Of a stretch of 64,000 nucleotides of DNA, positions 50,697 to 59,882 are shown one piece after another. The notes beneath the pieces were generated by a model. That model worked only from the letters and a program-made list of their open reading frames with translations. It did not search any database and was not told where the DNA came from. This stretch comes from Patescibacteria group bacterium (GTDB taxonomy: Bacteria; Patescibacteriota; Patescibacteriia; CAIXNZ01), in assembly GCA_041651155.1 (NCBI GenBank), contig JBAZJU010000001.1, positions 261,596 to 325,595 on the forward strand, written 5' to 3'. How positions within the stretch are numbered: the stretch's first letter is position 1; each line of letters opens with the position of its first letter. Both the position numbers and the translations under genes were made by a program.

Positions 50697-51959
50697 ATGT
50701 TAAATTCCAGAAAAATAAAAAAAATTCACGCCTTGGAAATTTTGGATTCACGCGGGAACCCCACTCTTAGTATTAAAGTTGAATTGTCTAATGGTATTGT
50801 GGGCAAGGCCAGTGTGCCATCCGGGGCATCAACAGGCAGTCACGAAGCCTGGGAATTACGTGATAATAATAAAAAGCGCTATCAAGGAAAGGGAGTATTA
50901 AGAGCTGTAAAAAACGTAAATGAGGCTATTGATTATTTATTGAGAGGCATTGAAATTACTAAGCAACAAGATATTGATAAATTAATGATCAAGCTGGATG
51001 ATTCAAAAAATAAAAAAGATTTGGGTGCCAATGCGATCTTAGGAGTTTCTTTAGCCTGCGCCAGAGCCGGTGCCTTGTCATCGGGTCAGCCATTGTATGC
51101 TTATCTTCGTGATATTTATAATGTGCATTATAAGAATTATTTACTGCCTATTCCAATGATGAATGTCTTAAATGGCGGCGCGCATGCAGACTGGGCTTTG
51201 GATTTGCAGGAAATCATGATTGTGCCTAAATTTAAAACAATGGCAAAACGCGTCCAAGCTGGCAGTGAAATTTTTCAGGCCTTAGGAGGCATCTTAAAAC
51301 AAAATGGTTTTAAAACAATGGTTGGAGATGAAGGCGGTTATGCTGTAAATTTGCCAAAAAATGAAAAAGCCTTTGATTTTCTTTTGGCTGCAATTAAAAA
51401 AGCAAAATATAGAGCTCACAAAGATATTGGTTTGGCAATTGACGCAGCTGCTACCGGATTCTATTTACCGCAAAAAAAAGTTTATAAGATTAATGGTAGA
51501 AAATTAATGGCCAGAAAATTAATTTCGTTATATGAGAAGTGGAAGAAAAAATACAAATTGATTTCTATTGAAGACGGTTTAGCTGAAGATGATTGGCAAA
51601 ATTGGAAAATTTTAACTAAAAAATTAGGGGAAAAATGCATGTTGGTTGGCGATGATTTATTTGTGACAAATACTGATAGATTAAGAAAAGGGATTGAACA
51701 AAAAGTTGCCAATGCCATTTTAATTAAACCAAATCAAATCGGTACTCTAACTGAAACTGTGGCTGCTATTTATTTGGCAAAGATGAATAATTATAAAGTA
51801 ATTATTTCCAATCGCAGCGGTGAGACTTGCGACTCATTTATTGCTGATTTAGCCGTGGCAGTCAATGCTGAATATATCAAAGCAGGCTCATTGTCACGCA
51901 GTGAAAGATTGGCAAAATATAACCGCTTAATGGAAATTGAAGAAGAATTGGGGAAATGA
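50697..51959 (+). CDS. eno: enolase
   Basis: 420 aa; HALEILDSRGNPT, SHRSGETCD. Confidence 0.9.
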   Translation: MLNSRKIKKIHALEILDSRGNPTLSIKVELSNGIVGKASVPSGASTGSHEAWELRDNNKKRYQGKGVLRAVKNVNEAIDYLLRGIEITKQQDIDKLMIKLDDSKNKKDLGANAILGVSLACARAGALSSGQPLYAYLRDIYNVHYKNYLLPIPMMNVLNGGAHADWALDLQEIMIVPKFKTMAKRVQAGSEIFQALGGILKQNGFKTMVGDEGGYAVNLPKNEKAFDFLLAAIKKAKYRAHKDIGLAIDAAATGFYLPQKKVYKINGRKLMARKLISLYEKWKKKYKLISIEDGLAEDDWQNWKILTKKLGEKCMLVGDDLFVTNTDRLRKGIEQKVANAILIKPNQIGTLTETVAAIYLAKMNNYKVIISNRSGETCDSFIADLAVAVNAEYIKAGSLSRSERLAKYNRLMEIEEELGK

Positions 51960-52057
51960 CAAATCACAAAACTCTAAAGACAAAATAAAAAAAAATTATA
52001 AATCTAAAATTCAATTTTTTGTTATTTAATATTTGTGTTTTAAATTTATTTTGTCTT

Positions 52058-52101
52058 TTGCCTTCGCAAACCGTAGTTTGCTACGGCAAACGAAGGTTTG
52101 T
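52058..52101. repeat. 44-bp palindromic repeat A2
   Basis: exact 44/44 match to A1. Confidence 0.75.
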
Positions 52102-52200
52102 CCTTTGTTCTTTTGAATTTTCATATAGAAGCCACGGCGATTTTTCAGCTGCGGTTTTTTTATTTGAAAATAATAGCATTTTGAGGTAGAATATAGATAT

Positions 52201-53775
52201 ATGAAACAGGACAAAAATATTGATTTTTTGCCTATAGTTTTAGTTATATTAGATGGCTGGGGCATTGCGCCAGCTTCAAAAGCCAATCCAATTTCTCAGG
52301 TTAAAAAGCCAAATTGGGATTTTTTTAATAAAAAATTTTCCCACACCGAATTGATTGCTTCTGGCTTAAAAGTCGGCTTGCCAAAAAACCAAGATGGCAA
52401 TTCAGAAGCAGGCCATATGAATATCGGCGCTGGCAGGATAGTTAAACAAGAGGCAGTCTTGATTGATGAAGCCATTAAAAATGGAACATTTTTTAGAAAT
52501 CCAGCGTTATTAGAAGCAGTCAGTTGGGCTAAGAAAAATAAATCAAATTTACACTTAATGGGTTTATTATCCAATGGTGAGAGTGCTCATTCTGACCCGC
52601 TTCATTTGTACTCGCTTTTGGAACTAATGAAAAGAGAAAAATTTGAACGAATTTATTTGCATCTTTTTACTGATGGACGCGATTCATCACCGCATGCAGC
52701 TTCACGTTTGGTCAGTAAACTGATAAATAATTTTAAAAATCATGAAACAATATCAACTATCGTGGGACGCTTTTATGCAATGGATCGCATAAAAAAATGG
52801 TCAAGAACAGAAATGGCCTATAATGCCATGGTTTTAGGCATTGGCCTGGCATCTGATAATCCTTATAAAGCCGTGAGTGAAGCCTATAATCGGGGAGAGA
52901 CAGATGAATTTATTTCTCCGATAATAATTTTAAATCCCCAAAAGAAACCCAAATTTATAAACGATAATGACGCGGTTATATTTTTTAATTTAAGGTCTGA
53001 TCGTGCCAGACAAATGGCTAAGCCTTTTGTCCAAAAACAATTTGAAAAAGATAATCTGGGCGCATTTAAAAGAAAAAAAGTTTTAAAAAATGTAAAGTTT
53101 ATTGCCCTGACTGATTTTGGCCCGGATTTAGACAGCATAATGACTGCTTTTCCTAGCGTGATTCTAAAAAATACCTTGCCTTTGGTTTTAAAAAAGTATC
53201 GCCAGCTATATCTGGCAGAACGAGAAAAATACGCTCATGTCACATATTTTTTCAATGGCGGACATGGCCAGCCTGTTAATGGCGAAAAATGGCTGGTGAT
53301 TCCATCTCTTGGAACGAATTATTTAAAGCATCCTCAGATGTCAATTCATCCTTTAACTAATATAATTTTAAAAAATTTGCAAAATAAAAAATATGATTTT
53401 ATAGCAGTAAATTTTGCGAATGCGGATATGATCGGTCACACTGGTGATTTCAAAGCAGCGCTTAAAGTTATAAAAATTATTGATACTTGTTTAGGAAAAA
53501 TATACAAGGCTGTCTCTAAGGCAAATGGCACCTTGCTGATAACCGCTGATCACGGCAATATAGAGGAAATGATTAATTTAAAAACAGGGGAGGAGGATAC
53601 GGAACATAGCGCAAATCCCGTGCCGTTTATTATTATTAACAACTATTGGCAAAATAAATTAAAATTAAAAAACAGCGGCATCTTGGCAGATATTGCTCCT
53701 ACTATTTTACAGCTTACTGCAGTTAAAAAACCCAAGGAAATGACAGGTACGGGATTAATAAAAAATAAAGTATAA
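52201..53775 (+). CDS. gpmI: 2,3-bisphosphoglycerate-independent phosphoglycerate mutase (copy 1)
   Basis: 524 aa; ILDGWG, SEAGHMNIGAG, ADHGN. Confidence 0.85.
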   Translation: MKQDKNIDFLPIVLVILDGWGIAPASKANPISQVKKPNWDFFNKKFSHTELIASGLKVGLPKNQDGNSEAGHMNIGAGRIVKQEAVLIDEAIKNGTFFRNPALLEAVSWAKKNKSNLHLMGLLSNGESAHSDPLHLYSLLELMKREKFERIYLHLFTDGRDSSPHAASRLVSKLINNFKNHETISTIVGRFYAMDRIKKWSRTEMAYNAMVLGIGLASDNPYKAVSEAYNRGETDEFISPIIILNPQKKPKFINDNDAVIFFNLRSDRARQMAKPFVQKQFEKDNLGAFKRKKVLKNVKFIALTDFGPDLDSIMTAFPSVILKNTLPLVLKKYRQLYLAEREKYAHVTYFFNGGHGQPVNGEKWLVIPSLGTNYLKHPQMSIHPLTNIILKNLQNKKYDFIAVNFANADMIGHTGDFKAALKVIKIIDTCLGKIYKAVSKANGTLLITADHGNIEEMINLKTGEEDTEHSANPVPFIIINNYWQNKLKLKNSGILADIAPTILQLTAVKKPKEMTGTGLIKNKV

Positions 53776-53782
53776 TCAATAT

Positions 53783-55372
53783 ATGAAATTAAAAAATCGT
53801 CCAGTTGTTTTAGTTATATTAGACGGCTGGGGTGTTGCGCCGGCATCACCTGGCAATGCCATTACTCAAGCTAAAACGCCAAATCTGGATAAATTTATCG
53901 GTACTTATCCAGCAATGACTCTTGTTGCGTCTGGCGATGCTGTTGGTTTGTCTTGGGGTGAAATGGGGACTTCAGAAGTCGGCCATACCAATATAGGTTC
54001 AGGTACAATTTTTTATCAAAGCTTGCCGCTTATAAGTAAAACTATTGCAGACGGCGCTTTTTTTACGAATCAGGCTTTTTTAGATGCTGCAAATCACGTC
54101 AAGAAATACAAATCAAAATTACATCTGCTTGGCCTGGTTAGCAATGGAGGTGTGCATTCTCATATAGACCATTTATACGGTTTATTGGAATTTGCCAAAA
54201 AACAGCAAATAAAAGAAGTCTATATACATGTAATTTTGGATGGCCGAGATTCAATTTTTAACAGCGGTTTAGGTTTCGTTAAAGAGCTTTTAGCAAAGAT
54301 TAAGGAATTAAAAGTAAATGCTAAAATCGCCACCATTTCCGGACGTTTTTATGCAATGGATCGCGATAATCATTGGGAAAGGTTGCAAAAAGCCTTTTGG
54401 GCCATGACCAAAGGCGAGAGTGAACAAAAATTTTCTGATCCGATTAGGGCAATTGAAGCTTCTTATGAAAATAAAATTTATGATGAAGAATTTATTCCGA
54501 CTGTGATTACCAATAAAAATAGGCCAGTCGGCCTGATAGAAGACAATGATGCTGTTATTTTTTTTAATTTTCGGGCAGACCGCGCTCGGCAATTGACTCA
54601 GGCCTTTGTCTTGCCTGATTTTAGCAAATTTGAACGCCCAATTAATTATAAAAATTTGTTTTTTGTCAGTATAATGCAATATGACAAGGATTTGCCTGTA
54701 GATAAAATTGCTTTTTTTTCAGCGGAAATTACCAACCCTTTAGCCAAAGTTTTAAGTACGGCAGGCTTAAAACAATTACATATCGCTGAGACTGAGAAAT
54801 ATGCGCACGTAACTTTTTTCTTTAATGCCGGAGTGGAAGCGCCCTTTCCTGGAGAAGATCGGATTGTTATCCCGTCTCCGCGTATTGCGTCATATGCTGA
54901 CAAGCCAGAAATGTCAGCCTCAAAGGTTACGGACGAAGTATTAAAAGCCATTGAAGCAAATACCTATGATTTTATAGTTATAAATTTTGCCAATGCTGAT
55001 ATTGTAGCGCACACCGGCAATCTAAAGTCAACCATTAAGGCTTGTGAAATAATTGATAAATGTTTAGGCAAAATAGCAGCCTTGGTTTTAACAAAAAATG
55101 GAGTAGTTTTGGTTACGGCTGATCATGGCAATGCTGAGGAATTACAAAATATAAAAACAGGGGAAATTGATAAAGAACACAGCACAAATCCCGTCCCATT
55201 TATTATCATCGGGCATGATTGGGAGGGAAAAAATTTAGGCTTGCCTGATAGCATGGGCTCTGACTTAAGCTTGGTCACTCCGTCGGGTGTGCTCTCGGAT
55301 ATTGCGCCAACAATTTTAAAATTAATGGGTGTTAAAAAACCGCCGGAAATGACCGGGACTTCTTTGATATAG
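53783..55372 (+). CDS. gpmI: 2,3-bisphosphoglycerate-independent phosphoglycerate mutase (copy 2, tandem paralog)
   Basis: 529 aa; ILDGWG, SEVGHTNIGSG, ADHGN. Confidence 0.85.
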   Translation: MKLKNRPVVLVILDGWGVAPASPGNAITQAKTPNLDKFIGTYPAMTLVASGDAVGLSWGEMGTSEVGHTNIGSGTIFYQSLPLISKTIADGAFFTNQAFLDAANHVKKYKSKLHLLGLVSNGGVHSHIDHLYGLLEFAKKQQIKEVYIHVILDGRDSIFNSGLGFVKELLAKIKELKVNAKIATISGRFYAMDRDNHWERLQKAFWAMTKGESEQKFSDPIRAIEASYENKIYDEEFIPTVITNKNRPVGLIEDNDAVIFFNFRADRARQLTQAFVLPDFSKFERPINYKNLFFVSIMQYDKDLPVDKIAFFSAEITNPLAKVLSTAGLKQLHIAETEKYAHVTFFFNAGVEAPFPGEDRIVIPSPRIASYADKPEMSASKVTDEVLKAIEANTYDFIVINFANADIVAHTGNLKSTIKACEIIDKCLGKIAALVLTKNGVVLVTADHGNAEELQNIKTGEIDKEHSTNPVPFIIIGHDWEGKNLGLPDSMGSDLSLVTPSGVLSDIAPTILKLMGVKKPPEMTGTSLI

Positions 55373-55395
55373 GAAATAGGTAATATGAAATATGT

Positions 55396-55509
55396 CCGGC
55401 TTCGGCTCATTAATATCTAATAGGATGAGAAATTTGCGAACTCATGCCGAGACGAGTAATATGGATTGGCCTTCGCCAACCGAAGTTGGCTTCGGCCAAC
55501 GAAGGTTGG
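55396..55509. repeat. composite repeat: ccggcttcggctca...gccgagacgag element plus CCTTCG...CGAAGG palindrome (A3)
   Basis: shares 14-mer and 11-mer with 936-1000; A3 = ccttcgccaaccgaagttggcttcggccaacgaaggttgg. Confidence 0.6.
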
Positions 55510-55572
55510 AAGATTTTAAAAATATAATATTCCTTTCCGTATTTCATATTACTTATTTCTTATTACATTCAT

Positions 55573-56439
55573 ATGCCCGAATTACCAGAAGTTGAGACAA
55601 TTAAACGCGGCTTGCAAAAAAGTATTGTTGGGAAAATTATTTCTGATTTTTCTTGTGATTGGCAGAAAATGATTAATTATAAAATTGCTGATTACAGATC
55701 GCGGATTAAAGGTTTGAAAATTATAAGCTTAAGGCGGCGGGCAAAGATGCTGATTATTGATTTAAGCAAATCACGGCATATTTTAATCCATTTAAAAATG
55801 ACTGGCCAATTAGTTTACGGCAGTAAAGTAAAATGTTTAGTCGGCGGGCACCCGATCAAAGAAGGTTTTGAATGTCTGCCGAATAAATTTACCCATGCGA
55901 TTTTTACGTTCACTGACAAAAGCCATTTGTATTTTAATGATATTCGCAAATTTGGCTGGTTGCGGCTTTATAACAGCAAACAGTTAATTGAACAATTAAA
56001 TAAAATGAAATTAGGACCAGAACCTTTATCTGCAGAATTTACTTTAGATTATTTGCAGTCGGCCATGAAAAAACGGCCAAATAATAAAATCAAGCAATTA
56101 TTAATGGATAATAAAATTGTAGTAGGCATAGGAAATATTTATAGCGATGAAGTATGTTTTTATGCCAGAGTCAGACCAGACCGCAAAGTCAAAAGTTTAA
56201 CAGCTAAAGAGATTAAATTAATTTATCAGGGCATTGGAAAAATTTTAACTGCGTCTATTAAAGCCCAGGGCACGACATTTAGCAATTATCGCAATGCCAA
56301 CGGGGAAGCAGGCGCTTATTCCAAGCAATTAAAAGTTTATGGCCGTTATGGCGAGAAATGCAAGCATTGTGGGACTATAATTAAAAAAATGACAATTGGT
56401 GGCAGGACATCATCATATTGCCCTAAAGATCAGAAATAA
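55573..56439 (+). CDS. mutM: formamidopyrimidine-DNA glycosylase
   Basis: MPELPEVE N-terminus; C-terminal zinc finger CKHCG...C. Confidence 0.85.
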   Translation: MPELPEVETIKRGLQKSIVGKIISDFSCDWQKMINYKIADYRSRIKGLKIISLRRRAKMLIIDLSKSRHILIHLKMTGQLVYGSKVKCLVGGHPIKEGFECLPNKFTHAIFTFTDKSHLYFNDIRKFGWLRLYNSKQLIEQLNKMKLGPEPLSAEFTLDYLQSAMKKRPNNKIKQLLMDNKIVVGIGNIYSDEVCFYARVRPDRKVKSLTAKEIKLIYQGIGKILTASIKAQGTTFSNYRNANGEAGAYSKQLKVYGRYGEKCKHCGTIIKKMTIGGRTSSYCPKDQK

Positions 56440-56443
56440 ATTT

Positions 56444-56785
56444 ATGGCTCAAGAAATTGCTTCAATTTCACTTAATAAGGATTTTGAGAGCATTAAAAAG
56501 ACAGATGACAATGGCATTGAATACTGGCAAGCAAGAGAATTAATGCCAATTTTAGGCTATAAAAAATGGGAAAATGCTGAAGAAGTCATTGGGAGGGCTG
56601 CTAGAGCTTGTATTAATAGCGGGCAGGCTGTGGATAACCATTTTCTCCAATTCAGGAAAATGGTTGATATTGGCTCAAATACAGTGAGGGGAATAACGCT
56701 AGAAAATTTACCTCCAGAAAAACATATCATGGAATTGAAAAACGATAAAAAGAAAATATTAAATGCAAAGAATAGAAAAATATAA
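56444..56785 (+). CDS. DinD-like (BRO-N domain) protein
   Basis: YWQARELMPILGYKKWENAEEVIGRAARAC resembles DinD N-terminal region. Confidence 0.45.
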   Translation: MAQEIASISLNKDFESIKKTDDNGIEYWQARELMPILGYKKWENAEEVIGRAARACINSGQAVDNHFLQFRKMVDIGSNTVRGITLENLPPEKHIMELKNDKKKILNAKNRKI

Positions 56786-56789
56786 ACTT

Positions 56790-57206
56790 ATGGTTTACAA
56801 TGATAATTTTACAACTGAAACAAAGGGCTGTTGTGATGTCCGGGATATTACCAGCCAAGTTAAAAAGATAATTGAAGATTCAAAAATTCAAAATGGTTTG
56901 GTTTTAGTTTTTGTCACAGGCTCAACCGCTTCCATCTCAACCATGGAAATCGGAGCAGAATTAGATAAGGATTTAAAGGAAGCGATGGAAATAATCGCGC
57001 CAGAAGGCAAGCATTACAACCACGATGATAAATGGCAGGATGGCAATGGATTTTCCCATATTCGCTCAACTATTATTGGCACACATTTAACATTGCCATT
57101 AATTAATGGCGAGCCTGTTTTGGGCAACTGGCAGCAGATTGTTTTACTTGATTTTGATAATAAAAAAAGGGACAGGCTAGTAACTGTCCAGATTGTGGGG
57201 GAATAA
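56790..57206 (+). CDS. YjbQ-family (UPF0047) protein
   Basis: CCDVRDITSQV...GLVLVFVTGSTASI...GNWQQIVLLDFD. Confidence 0.6.
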   Translation: MVYNDNFTTETKGCCDVRDITSQVKKIIEDSKIQNGLVLVFVTGSTASISTMEIGAELDKDLKEAMEIIAPEGKHYNHDDKWQDGNGFSHIRSTIIGTHLTLPLINGEPVLGNWQQIVLLDFDNKKRDRLVTVQIVGE

Positions 57207-57209
57207 GAT

Positions 57210-57292
57210 ATTATTGTAATACAATTGTAAAACAATAGCAAAAAGATTGTAAGACAATTGTTTTACCAAAGTATTACTATTGTCTTACCATT
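57210..57292. repeat. TTGTAAGACAA-unit palindromic element T5
   Basis: attgtaatacaattgtaaaacaat...gattgtaagacaattgttttacc...ctattgtcttacca. Confidence 0.55.
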
Positions 57293-57295
57293 TTT

Positions 57296-57712
57296 TTATA
57301 TTAACAATGCAACAATAATTCCTAAAATAATTCCAGCCAACGCTTGCCAGTAGGTATGCCCCAATCGTTCTTCCAGAAAAGGATATTTATCTTCTTTGTA
57401 ATCAGGCAGATCTTTAATCAGCATATTGAGAATTTTAGCGTGCTTGCCCAGCATTTGGCGCAAACCAACAGCATCGCGAATTACCACAAAAGCCAAGGTT
57501 ATGCTGATAACAAAGGGAATAGATAAAAAACCGCTTAGCAAGCCAACTTCAGTCGCTAAGGCTGATACCAGGGCTGAATGAGAAGAAGGAAACCCGCCAT
57601 AAGAATTAAAGTTTTTCCAGGAAAATTTACCCCTTGTTGAATCAACGATTACTTTAATTAATTGGGCGATGATTAAAGCAATAAATGGCGTTAGAAGAAT
57701 TTTATAAGACAT
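57296..57712 (-). CDS. divergent PAP2-family membrane protein
   Basis: GGFPSSHSALVSALA motif; 138 aa. Confidence 0.55.
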   Translation of the reverse strand: MSYKILLTPFIALIIAQLIKVIVDSTRGKFSWKNFNSYGGFPSSHSALVSALATEVGLLSGFLSIPFVISITLAFVVIRDAVGLRQMLGKHAKILNMLIKDLPDYKEDKYPFLEERLGHTYWQALAGIILGIIVALLI

Positions 57713-57785
57713 ATTTTTATTCTAAAATACTAAAACACAATAACATTAAAATACTAATACTATTATAGCAAAATTTAAAAAAAAT

Positions 57786-58835
57786 ATGAAGAAATTTTTA
57801 CTTATTATTTTAATTATTTCATTGGTTATATCCTTAGGCTGGATATTTAAAATTGTTTTTATTAGTCAGGCTGGTAATGGTGAAATTAAGAATTTTAATA
57901 TCAGTCAAGGAGAGGGTGTGCATCAAATCAGCCGAGATTTGAAAACTGCAGGCTTAATTGATAATTCCTTTATTTTTGAAACTTATTTGTGGGCAATCAA
58001 AGGAGGCAATAAAATTTTAGCTGGTGAGCATACCATTAATGCTTCGTGGAGCATTAGACATTTGGTAAATGCATTGATTTCTGGTTCAGACTTGGAAAAC
58101 GAGCGAGTAATAACAATTTTAGAGGGCTGGAATTTGCGCGACATAGCAAATTATTTTGTTAAAATTGGAGTTATAACAGAAAGCGATGAATTGTATGGAT
58201 TAGTGGGTTATCCGGGAGTTGATTATACTAATAATTATACGCTGCCTAATCCTACGGATTTTTCAGCTGACTATGAATTTTTAGCAGAAAAACCTAAGAA
58301 TTTAAGTATTGAAGGATATTTATTCCCTGATACTTATCGTGTTTTTAAAAATGCCAAGCTTGAGGATATAATTAAAAAAATGTTGGATAATTTTGACCAT
58401 AAAATAACTTCTGCTATGGCTGGACAAATAGAAAGTCAGGGGAAGAAGTTATATGACATTTTAACTTTGGCCTCAATAATTGAAAAAGAAGCCAAAACAC
58501 TGGAAGATAAAAAAAGAGTGGCAGGGGTGTATTATAATCGTTTAGAAATTGGCATGGCTTTACAGGCTGATCCGACCGTTAATTATATAACAGAGAAACA
58601 AACTGATCGTCCTTCAAGCGAAGATTTGCAGACAGACAATCTTTATAATACATACAAATATCCTGGTCTGCCTCCCGGTCCGATTTGCAATCCAGGACTT
58701 GATTCTATTATGGCTGCAATATATCCTGAAAAAAATGATTATTATTATTTTATAAATACGCCTGATGGAAAAATGATTTTTGCTAAAACATTTGCAGAAC
58801 ATAAGCTAAATAGGGAAAAATATTTTAATGACTAA
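57786..58835 (+). CDS. mltG: endolytic murein transglycosylase MltG/YceG
   Basis: N-terminal TM; LQADPTVNY and GLPPGPICNPG blocks. Confidence 0.8.
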   Translation: MKKFLLIILIISLVISLGWIFKIVFISQAGNGEIKNFNISQGEGVHQISRDLKTAGLIDNSFIFETYLWAIKGGNKILAGEHTINASWSIRHLVNALISGSDLENERVITILEGWNLRDIANYFVKIGVITESDELYGLVGYPGVDYTNNYTLPNPTDFSADYEFLAEKPKNLSIEGYLFPDTYRVFKNAKLEDIIKKMLDNFDHKITSAMAGQIESQGKKLYDILTLASIIEKEAKTLEDKKRVAGVYYNRLEIGMALQADPTVNYITEKQTDRPSSEDLQTDNLYNTYKYPGLPPGPICNPGLDSIMAAIYPEKNDYYYFINTPDGKMIFAKTFAEHKLNREKYFND

Positions 58836-58880
58836 TTAATTAAGTAAAAAGTTTATAAAGTGGGAGGTTTTTAAAGAATT

Positions 58881-59225
58881 GTGAAAATAAATAAATTTGA
58901 GTATATTATTGCATGGCAAAAAAGTAAGGAATTAGTTATAATTATTTATGATGCCTTTAGGGAATGTATTGATTATGATTTTGCCAGACAAATTAAACAT
59001 GCAGTAATCTCTATAATGAATAATATAGCCGAAGGTTTTGAGAGAAAGACCAATAAGGAATTTATTAGATTTTTATACATGGCAAAAGGTTCTTGTGGGG
59101 AAGTAAGATCAATGCTTTATTTAGCCTTAGAACTAAAATATATTTCAAGAGTAGATTTTGAAATATATTATGAAATGTCTTTGGAAATATCCAAAATCTT
59201 ATCCGGCTTAATAAAATCTTTATAA
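58881..59225 (+). CDS. four-helix-bundle protein (23S-IVS protein family)
   Basis: SIMNNIAEGFERKTNKEFIRFLYMAKGSCGEV family signature. Confidence 0.6.
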   Translation: MKINKFEYIIAWQKSKELVIIIYDAFRECIDYDFARQIKHAVISIMNNIAEGFERKTNKEFIRFLYMAKGSCGEVRSMLYLALELKYISRVDFEIYYEMSLEISKILSGLIKSL

Positions 59226-59258
59226 ACTTTAAAACTTTATACTTTAAACTAAAAACAC

Positions 59259-59837
59259 ATGCTAGACAAAAAATTTTTTGCGAAATTAAAAAAAGATTAT
59301 AATTCCTATGATATTGGCCGCAGGATTATAATTAAGCACAGTAATGACATCTTGAAGCTGGCAAAACAAGCCATCTTTGCCTTGCACCGCGACAACATTG
59401 CTGAAGCTGAAAAGAATTTTAAAGAATCAGAAGAACTGCTAAAATATTTGGGCACTAAGATTAAGCAAGAAAAAGGCTTGGAATACGAGGGTGCATTTTT
59501 GGCAGCTCAAGAAGAATATTGTGAGGCCAAATTGCTTTATCAGTTTTTAAAAACAGGTAAAATTGGCGCCTTGCCTGGAGTTAAATTTGATGAAAATACT
59601 TATTTAGGCGGCTTAAGCGATTTTACCGGCGAATTAGTCAGGCGCGCGGTTTTTTTAGCCACCAGAAGGCGGTATAAAGAAGTAGCAGTCTGTGAACAGG
59701 CAATTGAAGATGTGGTTCATGAATTAATCCAGTTTAATTTGATCGGACCTTTGCGTCCCAAATTTGACCAGTCCAAAAATAATTTGCGAAAGATTGAGGA
59801 GATAATGTATGATTTGGAGATAAAGAAAAGACATTAA
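59259..59837 (+). CDS. hypothetical protein (tentatively translin-like)
   Basis: 192 aa helical protein; GGLSDFTGELVRRAV reminiscent of translin-family motif; weak. Confidence 0.3.
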   Translation: MLDKKFFAKLKKDYNSYDIGRRIIIKHSNDILKLAKQAIFALHRDNIAEAEKNFKESEELLKYLGTKIKQEKGLEYEGAFLAAQEEYCEAKLLYQFLKTGKIGALPGVKFDENTYLGGLSDFTGELVRRAVFLATRRRYKEVAVCEQAIEDVVHELIQFNLIGPLRPKFDQSKNNLRKIEEIMYDLEIKKRH

Positions 59838-59882
59838 ATTGGTAAAAAAGAAAAGGCCCTTGTCGGGCCTTTTTAAAGTAAA

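Noticed and set aside
26287-57292. TTGTAAGACAA repeat clusters considered as CRISPR arrays
   Set aside because: The units are 11 bp and directly abutting, with no spacers, and half of each element is the reverse complement of the other half. This is not CRISPR architecture.
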